DNA from: the human T2T-CHM13v2.0 reference genome, Homo sapiens
NCBI RefSeq assembly: GCF_009914755.1
Contig: NC_060929.1
DNA length: 64,000 nucleotides
Reading direction: 5' to 3' (one strand)
In this document: positions 1 to 13,889 of the stretch, piece after piece
Position numbering within the stretch: position 1 is the first letter of the stretch
How the letters are laid out: every line of letters starts with the position of its first letter
Program-made: the position numbers and the translations under genes
Notes under the pieces: generated by a model
Database searches by the model: none
What the model was told of the DNA's origin: nothing
What the model saw: the letters and a program-made list of their open reading frames with translations, nothing else

Positions 1-2654
1 CTTTCTAATGCTACTGAAATTTTTTAGAAGTGCCTGCTATTGTATTTTTAGTCTTTGGTTAGTGATGTTTATATCAAGCACAGGTAATATCACATTTAGT
101 AACTGATGAATCCACAGATGAAGAGAACATGTGAGCTTCCCTTAAGGGAGGCTGCTAGGTGCAGCCCACGTTACACCTTCCTGACTGTCCTGTATTGGTC
201 CATCTGTCTCCACATCTCGTTCCTACCGCCAGGGCTCTTCGTTCCACTCTGGAACTTTGAGAAGGGCCCTTCCTCAAGGACAAACTTGAGCGCTTCCTCC
301 TCCATAAACCTTTTCCACTTCTGGCTATCCCTGCCTCTGTGATCCCATCTTCCTTTTCATTCCTGTTTTCACCCACCCCATAATCCAGTTACTTCAAGGC
401 TGCCATTTATACTTTTTACGTCTGCATCTTGTCTTTGTAACTAGCTTTAAACTATTTCAGGTTTAGGGAAATTCTATTGGCTTTACGAATAAGGTCCTGT
501 ATTTCTTGATAAATGTGTGATGGTGGTGGTGAAGTAGAAATTGCTTTTGAGAAAAAGAATAGACATGGTCTGGATTTATTAGGGAAGACAACAGAGAAAG
601 TAGAACTTGAACAGACACAGAGGATTTGGTAGAATTTATGTTGTTGGAGGAGAGATCCGTCTACAAAGTGCTATTTTTGGTCAGGCATGCATATTCTGTC
701 TGTGTGTGTGTGGCCTGTGTGTGTTTACAAACATACACATAATATGTACATGTAGTGCCTTACTTCTTAATACATGACTTCAGAATCTTCCCTGATATAT
801 ACCAGTTTTGCATATCTGATATATACCAGTGTTTCAATTTCCAGTCTGCAAGTGAGGGCAAAACATACGTCTTTGAAACTTACTTCTAAATGCCAAGTAA
901 AGGAATGTACACATTATTCTGATTCGTATACACCCTTAACTGGAGTGAATTCTAACTGTTGTTCCTTATCATTTTTCAATAACATGATCGGGAAAGAAGG
1001 AATACTAATGTTATCTTATAACCTTAGCACTTGCTATTTAAAAATTTGTAGCCAAATGTCTTCCCATATGCATTTTGAACTAGGAATATTGTATTGGAAT
1101 AGAGCATCAGTGATCTCATTCACTTAAAAGTTTGTTTGGCATTGCATGTGAAATTAAAAGCTTTTAAAGTTAACTGTGTAACAGAGATGCAACTGGAACT
1201 CTTGTCAGCAGTCCTAGCTCTGACAGCTACCTTAACTGCATAATTGGAACATGGGAGATACAAGAGGAGGGATAGTAAAATTAGCCATTAACCTGTTTTT
1301 AATTATTATGGCATTGATGTCAAGTCAATGCCACTGTCACAAAATCATCTTCTTTTGCTCATTTGGTTTGGGGGACTAGACTTTTCTGTCCAGTAAGGCA
1401 TTTATTTATTCAAAATTTATAGCTTAATTTTAGGTTGAGGGCCTTTCTGTATACCCAATTTTCTTTTTCTTCTGAGGACTACTCAGCTTTCTTACAACAT
1501 ACTTGACCTTGCATCTAGCCTTCCTCCTAAATTTCCCTGTGGTTTTGTATTCAGCATTAGCTGACTCCCACAGTAAATTCAGTGTGCCCAATTACTTTTC
1601 ATAATGAAGCTCATGTAAATTGGAGTAGAGCAGAGGTTTTATTAATGAGACTGATCTATTATTAAGGTTGCTTCGATTATCTTTTCTGAATAGTGAGATG
1701 AAAGTCAGAAATAATATAAAGTCTCTTGTCAATAGGCTTGATAAAGAAAAGGAAGCTTGGGAAATTTATATTTCTCAATTGTTTTTTTGCTTTTGGCAAG
1801 GCAGAGTAATTTATTTCAAGTCCTATTCTAGTATTTTATAATTTCAACTAGAAAAATTCAGATCTTCTAAAGGTATATCAGTCATACATATTGAAAATTT
1901 TATTTATGTGCAATATGGAGCTGAATGGTGGTATCCTTTGGAATCCATGTATAGCAGATTTTCTTGAATACTCATGTTTTCATTTCTTATTTTCTGTTTT
2001 ATCTTCTTAACCTTCTTATCTATTTTATGAATATGCTTATGATTATCATGAATGTATCTGGATTTTTAGTGTACAAAACATGATCAATGTGTCAGTACTC
2101 AGCTCACTTTTTTTTAACTTAAATAGTAGGATTATTAATGGTTAATACTTCCTGTGGTTCCACAGAAAAAAGAATAAACAGCAAGGTAATACAGTTTCAG
2201 AGTGAGGTGGGGCCCTTCTAAATGCTCCTCAACCTGCGCTAGCTACTTGCTCTGTCTACTTTATAATCGCCATTGTTTTGAGCAGGTATCTCAAAGCCTT
2301 CATCAGTGATCTTATTAATTTATATGCTTCCTGTGAATTATTTCCATGTTTTCTTGTGTTTCTGACTGTTTATAATAATTTTAAGCAGAAAGAATTAAAA
2401 CACATTCAGAGATGAATCAGGCAATCCACATTAAAAAAATGACATTGCACAGAGCACTGGTATGTAGAGAGAAGTAGAGGATAATTAGAATAAAGCTCAG
2501 ATGGGCTTCCTGAGTTTGTGAATGAAGGTTATATATTGGATCATGTAAAGAGACATGATTTTGTCAGCTTCAGATGGGGAGGAGGCCAGGTTAACACTGG
2601 CCTTAGATCGGAGAGGAAGGCAATTGAAGAGTGTGGAGTGCTCTGTGGCATACC

Positions 2655-3175
2655 AGATACCAATATTTCTATTTGCAAGTGACAGAAAATCAATTCAAAC
2701 TGACTTAATTAAAAAGAAAATCTGCTGACTTACAAATTGGCTTAATTAAAACAAATTATGGGCTTACATAATTGAAATCCAGAGAAGGCATCTCTAAAGG
2801 CAAGCATATAATTGTGTCAGAAATGTCTCTTTCTTCACCTCTTGATTGTGTTTTCCTGTGTTGGTTCCATCCTCAGCTGAGCTCTCCTCAGAAGCTTCTG
2901 AGCTGTATTTGCCTTGTTTCCCAACCCTAATGGAAAGAGAGCTGCTTTTCTAACAATTTGCATTAGTTTCTGGACTAATATTTGTAAGTCCAAATTGATT
3001 CATTAGTCCTTTGTGAGCTAAACAGTGTAGTCAGAGGATGCAATGACCTGACTGCTCTGTCCATTTTTGAGCTTGGAATGGAATTGGCCCCACCCATCCA
3101 GACCACAAGGACTGAGGGAGTGGGGAAGGGAAGCTCTCCCAGAGAAACTTGGGAACTGATAACAGATGAATGGGC
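2655..3175. mobile_element. Old ERVL/MaLR-class solo LTR remnant (MLT1-like)
   Basis: Opens with gcaagtgacagaaaatcaattcaaactgacttaa, resembling recalled old MLT1-type LTR ends; boundaries approximate. Confidence 0.5.
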
Positions 3176-4004
3176 AATAGAGGAAATAGGCCAATAAGCT
3201 GAAAAGCAATTAAGAGGGCTGATGGCATACGGTTGCAAATAATATCAGGATGAAGAATGGTCCTTAAGGGAGTAAGGGCTTCAGGGAAAATATAAACCAG
3301 GCATTGGTGCCTTTATAGGAGAATCTAAAGAAAAAACTATTCAGAAAATTATAATGCTAATACCTGGTTAATGGTTATTAAGAGAATGAATAGCTAAAGC
3401 AAAGAACATATTTTCATGCAAAGGTCTTAAATAATTAGAAAAATATGAGGAGGATTGATCAAACTAAAGGATTCTCAAAGTTTTTGAGGAGAAACTTTTA
3501 GGTCCAAATTATTTGTTCTTAGCAAGAGTGGGTGTATTTGTGAAAACAGAAAACATCCTCACAAGACAACATTTGTTTTTCAGTCTCTGCTTATTTATAT
3601 GCCATTCAATAAAATTGTAATGCAGGCACAAGTGGCTTCATTTTGCTGGTAAAATACTGCATGTTTGTCCAGAATAACTTAATTTGTCATGGAGAGAAAA
3701 AACATGTTGTTACCAAGTCCCATTAACTTGAACTATAGACAAAAGCTTGTCACTCTGGAACTATAGACAAAAACCTTGTCACAAGGGATTGACTTGGTTA
3801 ACATGTCAAAATTAAACATTGTTTGTGAATTTATTCTTGTTTTCTTTGATTATTTTTTAAATAGTAAAAATGAAATTTCATACCAAGGTATAGAAAGACA
3901 AATAAGGTACAACTTTGGATTTTTGATAATTTTTGTTTCTAAGGAATAATTTTGCCAGACAATTTGACATGTGTGTCAGAAAACTCAATGCAACAGAATC
4001 CAAT

Positions 4005-4760
4005 TCAGAAATTATTTATTAAAGATAGGTACTGCAGAGTATAAAACAAACAGAACTTTTCCTGCTTTCAAGCAATTTTCAATCTAGCACAGAAAAAAGT
4101 GCTGTATAATCAAGTACGACATAATTATAATGCATCATAAGTTGTATAAGAGCAGTATAAGTCAAATATTATAGAGGTTCAGAGAGGGAGGTGATCATTT
4201 GGTTGGGGGAAGAAAAGAGAGGAAGGACTGTGAAGGAAGTGACACTGACATTTATGCCTTACATTTTTTTTTAACAGATCTAATTACTTAGCAAAATGCT
4301 CTTCTATTAGAATAAATAATGGAGAGGCAAATCCTAGATTATATTCCAAGAATAGGATGAAGACCATGAAGAGAAGAGGTGGGAACTGAGGCTGGAGAGG
4401 AAGACTGAAACCACATGAGAATATAAACAATGATTCACATCTGGATTCCAGAAGATCTGGTGACAGATTTAGTGTGAGGATTGTAGGAGAAGGTAATAAA
4501 AAATGCCTGAGGTGTTGAGCGTGGAGGAATGGGAGATAGCTGATGCTAGAAATAAGAAAGTCAATGGGAGTTGTCAATTACTGTGAGAAGGTGAAGATAT
4601 AATAGGTTTGGGATAAATTAATTTTGAGTGCTCAGGAAATAACCAAGTAATGTTTAGGGTAGAGAAAACATTTAACTGCAATATTCTGCCTGGAGGTAAT
4701 GGTTGAAGCCTTGAGAAGAATGGATGAAATTAGAGAATGAGAGAAAGTTTGAGGATAGGG
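4005..4760 (-). mobile_element. L2 LINE remnant
   Basis: Degenerate L2 3' motifs (atttattaa, cctgctttcaagcaattttcaatctag, gaggttcagagagggagg) followed by a purine-rich L2-like body. Confidence 0.5.
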
Positions 4761-5084
4761 ACTGGAAGACTTGGAGAAAAGAAGAATAAGGTGGTAGTCT
4801 GTAGATGAATGGAGTTCAGTTTTTCTTGTAATTTATCTCTGATCTTGTTACCAATTTCTTCTACATGTGTCTTCTGTCAGAATTTACTGTTGTTCTCTCC
4901 CATACCAATGTTGGCTTCGGTTTGTCTTAGAAGAGGTTTGCTGTTTAATCAGATCTTGGGTAAGAAGAATCAGGTTCTTATCTTGGCAGTCAGATTCCTG
5001 GTGACTTGATTTATTTTTTGGCTTGTGTTTCAGAACTTTTATCCACTGTGACCTCAGATACATACCTTCTTAACCTGTAACTTG

Positions 5085-5515
5085 AGGTATCAGTTAGGTA
5101 TTCATCAGAAAACAGATGAAAAATTCAAAAGGGTAAGTGAAAAAAAAGAGAAAAGGTTTAATAAAGGGGCAATTTTCAATGGTAATGGTAGGGTTAAAGA
5201 AACTGACAAAGGATGGTGAAGCAGGAAGCTATTGCTCCTCTTGAACTTAAAGGAATGAAGGAAGTGATAGTTATTGGAAGATGGGGAGAATTGTAGCTGC
5301 AAGAGGAGATCCAGAGTGACAAATTACCCTTGAGAGAAAAATATAGCCACTGCCACACTTCTACTCAGCAGGGAGGGATGCAGCAGTAAATTCCCTGACC
5401 TCTCCCTTTTCCCACCCTCCATCTCCTGCCAGTACCAACGAGGAAGCCAGAGGGTAAGGGAACCCAGGTGGTGTCATTAGTAGAGGTCAGCTTGCTGAGG
5501 AAAAAAGCAGAGAGA
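5085..5515. mobile_element. Old ERVL-class LTR remnant (LTR33/LTR16-like)
   Basis: gtatcagttagg start and ggaagccagagggtaagggaacccagg...agaggtcagc motif recalled from this LTR group. Confidence 0.45.
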
Positions 5516-6560
5516 CATGTTATTTTACACCTGCCTATACTACTTAGACACTAGCTTCTTGCTTTTTATGATCTCTAATAGATAAAAATGAATGTTTCAA
5601 AGGCACTGAGGAGATGTCAAAAGCTTCTTCTTTTTCCATTCCCCTTTTGCTTTTTCTCCTACATCTTAAGCTGTGGAGTATTAAAGAATTTGAAGAAAAA
5701 TAAAAGCAGAAGGCAAAAAAGACAGGAAGATTTGTAGAATGGGAGACTTCTTTTTATGTCTCTGCACAAAAAAAATGGACATTATATATCATTAAGAATT
5801 TGGCTACTAAATACACTTAAGAATTTGGCTCAGAAGTTCCATATTCCTCAACCTGACTATGGGAAACTTTTCTTTTAAAGGCAGTAGTAAGCACCACACT
5901 GTCACTGTGACAGACACCCTTGGCTGCTTACCCAACCTCCTTCCCATACTTCCTTCTTGCTATTAGACTCTCATTTCGTTCCAGCATTGGTGGTCAAGGG
6001 CTTTAGGAAAGGGGTAAATCTTTATTAAGAAGCTAATTTAGGTGTAGCAGTCTAAATACTATTTTTTTTCATGAGTTTCATAATTATAATTTGGGTTCCG
6101 AAGCTGAGGACAAAAAGCATTCAAGGATCATATGTTTTAAAGAGTGTAGATCATCTGTGAAGAGTTTCAAATAATTGATACTAAAAACAGATCTGGTGAT
6201 TTTTAGTTCATCAACCACATCATGAGTACATGAGAAGTAAGGAGACTCTAAGTGAGAAGATTTTATTGGAGAGCGTTACTGGAGTTCTGTGTCTCTGCTC
6301 ACTTTTCGCTGAGTGAACAGACAACTTGAGCAAACCATTCATAGGGTGTGGGTGAGCTACGGAAGTCCCTAAAGTCCTGGTACAGCCAAGGGATCCACAG
6401 AGAGTACAGGAAGATGATTCCTGGGAGAACCTAACATGGTCCCATTGATTTGGGAAGCCAGAGAGTTCTTAAGGCATGTCTCGGAGCTACCCAGTAAAGT
6501 GAGTGGAGAGCGTCTCAGTGGATACATATTGTTTTCTGCTGATATCTCTTTTTCTCATTT

Positions 6561-6566
6561 ATCTAT

Positions 6567-6643
<77 letters not shown>
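6561..6643. repeat. (ATCT)n tetranucleotide microsatellite, interrupted
   Basis: Directly visible; about 20 units with an ATTT variant and an AT insertion. Confidence 0.97.
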
Positions 6644-6719
6644 ATCTCTCTGTCTGTCTTTACATTACTTTGTTGACACCATTGATCATCAGTAGTGGGA
6701 GACTCTGGCACTAATATCC

Positions 6720-7310
6720 ATAAGTATACCTGATTTAGTTCTGGGAAATACTTTTGTAAAGACAGAATATAATGCAGAAAACATAAAGGAAAATTCTGAT
6801 AGCCCTGGATACACAAAGACTTAAAATTCTGCTGGACAATATTAATAATGAATCTGAAAAAAATTGCAGCATAAAAATCCAAAGGATTAACATCTAATAA
6901 ATCTCCCTCCAGATGTTCAAGAGAGGCAAAGTTGATTCATAAAAGAAGAAATGTGAGAAGCCAATAAATATGTGCAAATACGCTTAAAACTGAGAGTAAG
7001 CACTTGCTCTGCTGGTGGGGGTACAAATTGGTAAAATCAATTTAGCAATATGTCTCACAATATTTCCCTTTTGATTCAGTATGCCCCATAGTAACATTCT
7101 CTTCAAAACAATGATGAACAGAGACATCTGTGAAGGAATATTCATAATAGTGTTATTTATATTTGTGAAAAATTGGAAACAACTTATATCTCCACAAAAA
7201 TAAGCAAATCCATATATTTTTGTGGTGAAATACTATGCAACTATTAACAATCATATTTTAATGACCTGGCAGTATTGTGATATGAGGTTGTTAAAAAAAA
7301 ATAAAAGGAT
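6720..7310 (+). mobile_element. Ancient L1M (L1ME-like) 3' fragments
   Basis: Degenerate L1 ORF2-end/3'UTR motifs (aaaattggaaacaact, gaaatactatgcaactattaa). Confidence 0.5.
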
Positions 7311-7369
7311 ACACACAGGGCAAAAAGAGCACTAGCCATAAACTAGACTTTATTGAAATGGAAACATTA

Positions 7370-8340
7370 TACTTATTCTTATTGAAATAAAAAACTATTA
7401 GTAAAATATGAAAGGCAAACCACAGACTGGGAGAAAATATCTACAATATGTATATCTGACCATTGCTGCAACTCAATGATGAAAAGAAAACTAACCCAAT
7501 AAAAAATGAGCAAAAGGCTTCAATATTTCTTAAAAGAAGAGATAAGTATGGCTAATAAGCACATGAAAAGGGAGTTTATATCAGTGGTCACCAGAGAAAT
7601 GCAAAATATAGCCACAATAAGACACCACTATATACCCATTGGAGTGGCTAAAGTAAATTAAAAAAAAAGAGGATAATATCAAATATTGGCAAGTTGTAGA
7701 ACTACTGGAAGTCTCATATACTACTAGAGGGAATGTAAAATTGTACAACTCTTTTGTGAAACTATTTGACAGCTGCTTATAAAGTTAAATATAATACCTA
7801 CCCTATAACACAGCAATTCCATCCTAAGAGTTACTCAAGAGAGAAACAAAACTACATGCCTACAAAAGACTTATACAAGAATATTAATAGCAACTTTACT
7901 CATACTAACCAAAAATTGTCAGCAATGTAGCTGTTCATCAACAGGCAAATATATAAACAAATTGTAGTATTGTTCATAATATAGAATGTTATTCAGCAGT
8001 AAAAAGGAAAGAAATACAAAATCAATAAACCAATGATCTCAAAAATATTATGTCAAGCTAAAAGAAGTCCGACAGAAAGAGGACATAAATATGATTTTAT
8101 ATATGTTAAGTTCAAGGACCAACAAAATAAACCTATAGTAATAGAAATCAGAATAGTGGTTGTCTCTGAGTGAGAGTGGCAATAGAGTGCAAAAGAGCAT
8201 ATGGAAATTTTGGAGTAATGGAATCATTCTCTTTATTGAAGTAAAGATTACATGGGCTTATAAAATTGTCACAACTCACGGAGTGGTACACTTAAGACAA
8301 ATGCGGTTTATTGTTTATAAATTATAATTCAGTTAAAAAA
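7370..8340 (+). mobile_element. Old L1 (L1MC/MD/ME-like) 3' end
   Basis: aaaggcaaaccacagactgggagaaaatat, gaaatgcaaaat, cagcaattcc and 3'UTR ending in ataaattataattcagttaaaaaa. Confidence 0.75.
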
Positions 8341-11074
8341 TGACATGAAACTGTATAATCTGGATAGGTGAGGTCGATGGGCAAGAAATGCTTAAATTTT
8401 CCTTTAACTGAGATCCAGCAGAAAGAGCTAACCCACTAGTTGATTTGGCAGGTGCTTCTCTGCAATAGAGATGGAAATGTAGACTGATGATTCTTTGCTT
8501 TTTTCATTTGACTAATGATTCTTCTGTCTCAGTGGTATCCAATCCATCTAGTTCCCCTTGCTCTGATTGTATGTTCACCAGGAACATTCTCATTGCAGTA
8601 ATTGTTTCCCTATGAAGATGTTCTTGTTGGAGAAAGAAGGTGCTGATCAGTAGACATGTACTAGGCTGTTAGGTTCCTAGCTATAAGTTCATATATAGGT
8701 GCTCTGTTTAATATATTGACTAGCATCAATGGACCCTCTAGTTGACCTTTCTGATCCTGCAATATTGAGAAGGTGACTCTGGCACAGGACCCCACCTGCC
8801 ATGGATGTCCACAGGACTATGGATGTCCACAGGACTCTTTAAAAAAAGCCAGTTCTTTCCCTGCTCAACAGGGAATGGTTTTAATTGCAGTGTACACATG
8901 ACTTATATATTCAGTCTCTTTGGACAGGTTTGGCATGTCATACATTAGAATCAGGCCCATCCGTGTTGTGATGCTGGTTTTAAATTCCAGCAGGGTCCAG
9001 AGATGGTGAGGGGCTGTAGGCATGAAGAAGACTGCCTTCCAATTTGAGCTTTATTACATTTTAACATTAAGTCCCCATTTCGGTCATGGTGGGTTAAAGG
9101 CATAATGTTTCTGTTGTTTGCTGATATTCTCACTATAACTGCTGCTCACTGCATTCATGGAAATAAAGGAGATGCTGTTAAAGAGATGATGGTTAGTGGA
9201 AAGATGGTGCCATTACTTTGATTGGGAAAATGAGAAGAGGGGAAAGAATAACACAAAAACTACTTCAGAGAGTCAGAAGGACACTCTTTTCCATTTATTT
9301 TCCAGACTGTATTTTTTTTTCTTAAATTGCCTTAAGAAGAATCAAAGGAGAAGTTAGTTTATTATTGCTTCAGATAACCTGGGAATTTACCATGAAATGA
9401 ACAAAAAATAATAATAGTATGAACATCAATAAAAGCTCTGTTTGGAAAAAATTGCTTTGTGTAGAAAGGAAATTCTGTAATTTATCCTAAACTGCATTCA
9501 CTAGATTCATAGCACGACGTAATCCTATTATGTACCATCTTGTGTGACTAAAATTATGGGATCTTTTTCTTTTTCCTTAAAGATGAATCATGCTATTCAG
9601 ACAGTATTTTATTCTTAGAGCTCATAGGTTGTATACAAAAAATGTAAAATATTTACAAATATACACATATGTAATTTCACCTATAGTTATAGGGTAAAAG
9701 AGCATTTCAATAGTATTTTAAAGATGCTCTGGGCAGCTAGCAAGATGGTCGAATGGAAACAGCTCTGGTCCTGCAGCTCCCAGCAAGACCAACACAGAAG
9801 GTAGGTGATTTCTGCATTTTCAACTGAGGTACCTGGCTCATCTTACTGGGACTGGTTAGACAGTGGGTGCAGTCCACAGAGGGTGAGCCAAAACAGGGTG
9901 GGTCATCACCTCACCCAGGAAGCACAAGGGGTCAGGGAACTCCCTCCTCTAGCCTAGGGAAGCCAGGAGGTACTGTGCATGAGGGATCATGTTATCTGGC
10001 CCAGATACTACGCTTTTCCCATGGTCTTTGCAACCCGCAGACTAGGAGATTCCCCTGGGCACCTACACCACCAGGGCCCTGGGTTTTAAGCACAAAACTG
10101 GGCAGCTATTTGGGCAGACACCAAGCTAACTGCAGGAGTTTTTTTTTCGTACCCCAGTGGCGCCTGGAATGTCAACGAGACAGAACTGTTCACTCCCCTG
10201 GAAAGGGGGCTGAAGCCAGGGAGTCAAGTGGTCTTGCTGAGTGGATCCCACCCCCAGGAAGCCCAGTAAGTGAAGATCCACTGGCTTGAAATTCTTGCTG
10301 CCAGCATAGTAGTCTGAAGTCTACCTGGTATCCTCGAGCTTGGTGGTGGGAGGGGCATCCACCATTACTGAGGCTTGAGTAGGCGGTTTTCCCCTCACAG
10401 TGTAAACAAAGCTGCCGGGAAGTTCGAACTGGGCAGATCCCACTGCAGCTCTGCAAAGCTGCTGTAGCCAGACTGCCTCTCTAGATTCCTCCTCTCTGGG
10501 CAGGGCATGTCTGAAAGAAAGGCAGCAGCCCCACTCAGGGGCTTATAGATAAAACCTCCATCTCCATGGGACAGAGCACCTGGGGGAAGGGACGGCTGTA
10601 GGCACAGCTTCAGCAGGCTTAAAGGTCCCTGCTGACTGGCTCTGAAGAGAGCAGTTGATCTCCCAGCACAATGCTCAAGCTCTGCTAAGGGACAGACTGT
10701 TTCCTCAAGTGGGGCCCTGGCCCCTGTCCCTCCTGACTTGGAGACACCTCCCAGCAGGGGTCAGTCGACACCTCATACAGGAGAGCTCCAGCTGGCATCT
10801 GGCAGGTGCCCCTCTGGGACGAAACTTCCAGAGGAAGAAGCAGGCAGCAATCTTTGCTGTTCTGCAGCCTCTGCTGGTGATACCCAGGCAAACAGGGTCT
10901 GGAGTGGACCTCTAGCAAACTCCAGCAGACCTGCAGAAGAGGAAAACTAACTGTTAGAAGGAAAACTAACAAACAGAAAGCAAAAACATCAACATCAGCA
11001 AAAAGGACACCCATGCAAAAACCCCATCTGAAGGTCAAAAATATCAAAGATCAAAGGTAGATAAATCCACAAAG

Positions 11075-12098
11075 ATGAGGAAAAACCAGAACAAAAATGC
11101 TAAAATTCCGAAAACCAGAATGCCTCTTCTCCTCCAAAGGATCACAATTCCTCGCCAGCAAGGGAACAAAACTGGACGGAGAATGAGTTTGACGAATTGA
11201 CAGAAGTAGGCTTCAGAAGGTGGGTAATAACAAACTCCTCCAAGCTAAAGGAGCATGTTCTAATCCAATGCAAGGAAGCTAAGAACCTTGACAAAAGGTT
11301 ACAGGAACTGCTAACTAGAATAACCAGTATCAAGAAGGACATAAATGACCTGATGGAGCTGAAAAACACAGCACGAGAACTTCATGAAGCATACACAAGT
11401 ATCAATAGCCGAATCAATCAAGTGGAAGAAAGGATATCAGAGATTGAAGATCAACTTAATGAAGTAAAGCCTGAAGACAAGATTAGAGAAAAATAATGAA
11501 AAGGAAAGAACAAAGCCTCCAAGAAATATGGGACTATGTGAAAAGACCGAATCTACGTTTGATTGGTGTTCCTGAAAGTGACAGGGATAATGGAACCAAG
11601 TTGGAAAACACTCTTCAGGATATTATCCAGGAGAACTTCCCCAACCTAGCAAGGTAGGCCAACATTCAACTTCAGGAAATACAGAGAACACCACAAAGAT
11701 ACTCCTCGAGAAGAGCAACCCTAAGAGAGGTGATCATCAGATTCACTAAGGTTGAAATGAAGGAAAAAATGTTAAGGGCAGCCAGAGAGAAAGGTCGGGT
11801 TACCCACAAAGGGAAGACCATCAGACTAACAGTGGATCTCTCTGCAGAAACCATACAAGCCAGAAGAGAGTGGGGGCCAATATTCAACATTCTTAAATAA
11901 AAGAATTTTCAACCAGAATTTCATATCCAGCCAAACTAAGCTGCATAAGCAAAGGAGAAATAAAATCCTTTGCAGACAAGCAAATGCTGAGGGATTTTTG
12001 TCACCACCAGGCCTGCCTTACAAGAGCTCCTGAAAAAAGCACTAAATATGAAAAGGAAAAACTGGTACCAGCCACTGCAAAAACATACCAAAATGTAA
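11075..12098 (+). pseudogene. L1 ORF1: Disrupted LINE-1 ORF1 (RNA-binding protein)
   Basis: Fragment 11197-11496 (LMELKNTARELHEAYTSINSRI) is the ORF1p coiled coil; several in-frame stops. Confidence 0.9.
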
Positions 12099-12161
12099 AG
12101 ACCATCGACACTATGAAGAAACTGCATCAAATAATGTGCAAAATAACTAGCTAACATCATA

Positions 12162-13879
12162 ATGACAGGATCAAATTCACACATAACAATATTAACTTTA
12201 ACTGTAAATGGGTTACATGTCCCAATTAAAAGACATGGACTGGCAAATTTGATAAAATTCCAGACCCATCAGTGTGCTGTATTCAGGAGACCCATCTCAA
12301 GTGCAAAGACAAATATAGGCTCAAAATAAAGGAATGGAGGAATATTTACCAAGCAAATGGAAAGAAAAAAAAAGCAGGGGTTGCAATCCTCTTCTCTGGT
12401 AAAAGAGACTTTAAACCAACAAAGATAAAAAAAGACAAAAAAGGGCATTACATAATGGTAAAGAGATCAATGCAACAAGAAGAGCTAACTATCCTAAATA
12501 TATATGCACCCAATACAGGAGCACCCAGTTTCATAAAGCAAGTTCTTGGAGACCTACAAAGATACTTAGACTCCCACACAATAATAGTGGGAGACTTTAA
12601 CACCCCACTGTCAATATTAGACAGATCAACGAGAGAGGAAATTAACAAGGATATTCAGGACTTGAACTCAGCTCTGGACCAAGCAGACCTAATAGACATC
12701 TACAGAATTCTCTACCCCAAATCAACAGAATATATATTTTTCTCAGCACCACATTGCACTTATTCTAAAATTTACCACATAATTGGAAGTAAAACACTCC
12801 TCAGCAAATGCAGAAGAACGGAAATCACAACAAACAGTCTCTCAGACCACAGTGCAATCAAATTAGAACTCAGGATTAAGAAACTCACTCAAAACTGCAC
12901 AACTACATGGAAGCTGAACAACCTGCTCCTGAATGACTACTGGGTAAATAACAAATTAAGGCAGAAATAAATAAGTTCTTTGAAACCAATGAGAACAAAG
13001 ACACAATGTACCAGAATCTCTGGGACACAGCTAAGGCAGTGTTTAGAGGGAAATTTATAGCACTAAATGCCCACGTGAGAAAGTGGGAAAGATCTAAAAC
13101 TGACACCCTAACATCACAATTAAAAGAACTAGAGAAGCAAGAGCAAACAAATTCAAAAGCTATCAGAAGACAAGAAAAAACTAAAATCAGAGCAGAATTG
13201 AAGGTGATAGAGACACGAAAAACCCTTAAAAAAAATCAATGAATCCAGGAGTTTGTTTTATGAAAAGATTAACAGAAAAGACTGCTAGCAAGACTAATAA
13301 AAAAGAAAAGAGAGATGAATCAATAGACACAATAAAAAGTGATAAGGGGAATATCACCACTGATCCCACAGAAATACAAACTACCATCAGAGAATACCAT
13401 AAACACCTCTATGCAAATAAACTAGAAAATCTAGAAGAAAGGGATAAATTCCTGGACGCATACACCCTCCCAAGACTAAACCAGGAGGAAGTTGAATCCC
13501 TGCATAGACCAATAACATGTTCTGAAATTGAGGGAGTAATTAATAGCCTACCAACCAAAAAAAGCCCAGGATCAGACGGATTCACAGCCGAATTCTACCA
13601 GAGGTTCGAAGAGGAGCTGCTACTATTCCTTCTGAAACTATTCCGAACAATAGGAAAAGAGGGACTCCTCCTTAACTCATTTTATGAGGCCAGCATCATC
13701 CTGATACCAAAATCTGGCAGAGACAAAACAACAACAAAAAAAGAAAACTTCAGGCCAATATCCCTGACAAACATCAATGCAAAAACGCTCAATAAAATAC
13801 TGGCAAATCAAATCCAGCAGCACATCGAAAAGCTTATCCACCATGATCAAGTTGGCTTAATCCCTGGGATGCAAGGCTG
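12162..13879 (+). pseudogene. L1 ORF2: Disrupted, truncated LINE-1 ORF2 (APE endonuclease and start of RT)
   Basis: IQETHL, NIYAPN, GDFNTPL, SDHSAIKL and NFRPISL motifs split over three frames. Confidence 0.92.
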
Positions 13880-13889
13880 ATTCTTAGAT

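Larger units (their letters stand above)
9731..13879 (+). mobile_element. LINE-1, L1PA7/L1PA8-like; 5'UTR, ORF1 and first half of ORF2 only (3'-truncated)
   Basis: Begins caagatggtcgaatggaaacagctc (L1 5'UTR). ORF-track fragments match ORF1p and the ORF2p endonuclease and RT start. Homology stops at gggatgcaaggctg with no poly(A). Confidence 0.95.

Noticed and set aside
2166-2285. Exon-like signals (ttccacag| ... caag|gtaata or gcag|gtatct)
   Set aside because: The longer version has stops in all three frames, and a 20-nt microexon cannot be supported without transcript data.
6436-6714. 92-aa ORF with (IYLS)n repeats
   Set aside because: It is a translation of the ATCT microsatellite.
8505-8605. 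Branch point plus acceptor (tgactaat...tctgtctcag)
   Set aside because: Only a weak donor follows and there is no recognisable peptide.
9731-13879. Twin-priming inversion as the cause of the 3' truncation
   Set aside because: That would require an adjacent opposite-strand 3' segment with poly(A) at the 5'UTR side, which is absent. The other L1 3' fragments are distant, and the 34.2-35.5 kb one has its own TSD.
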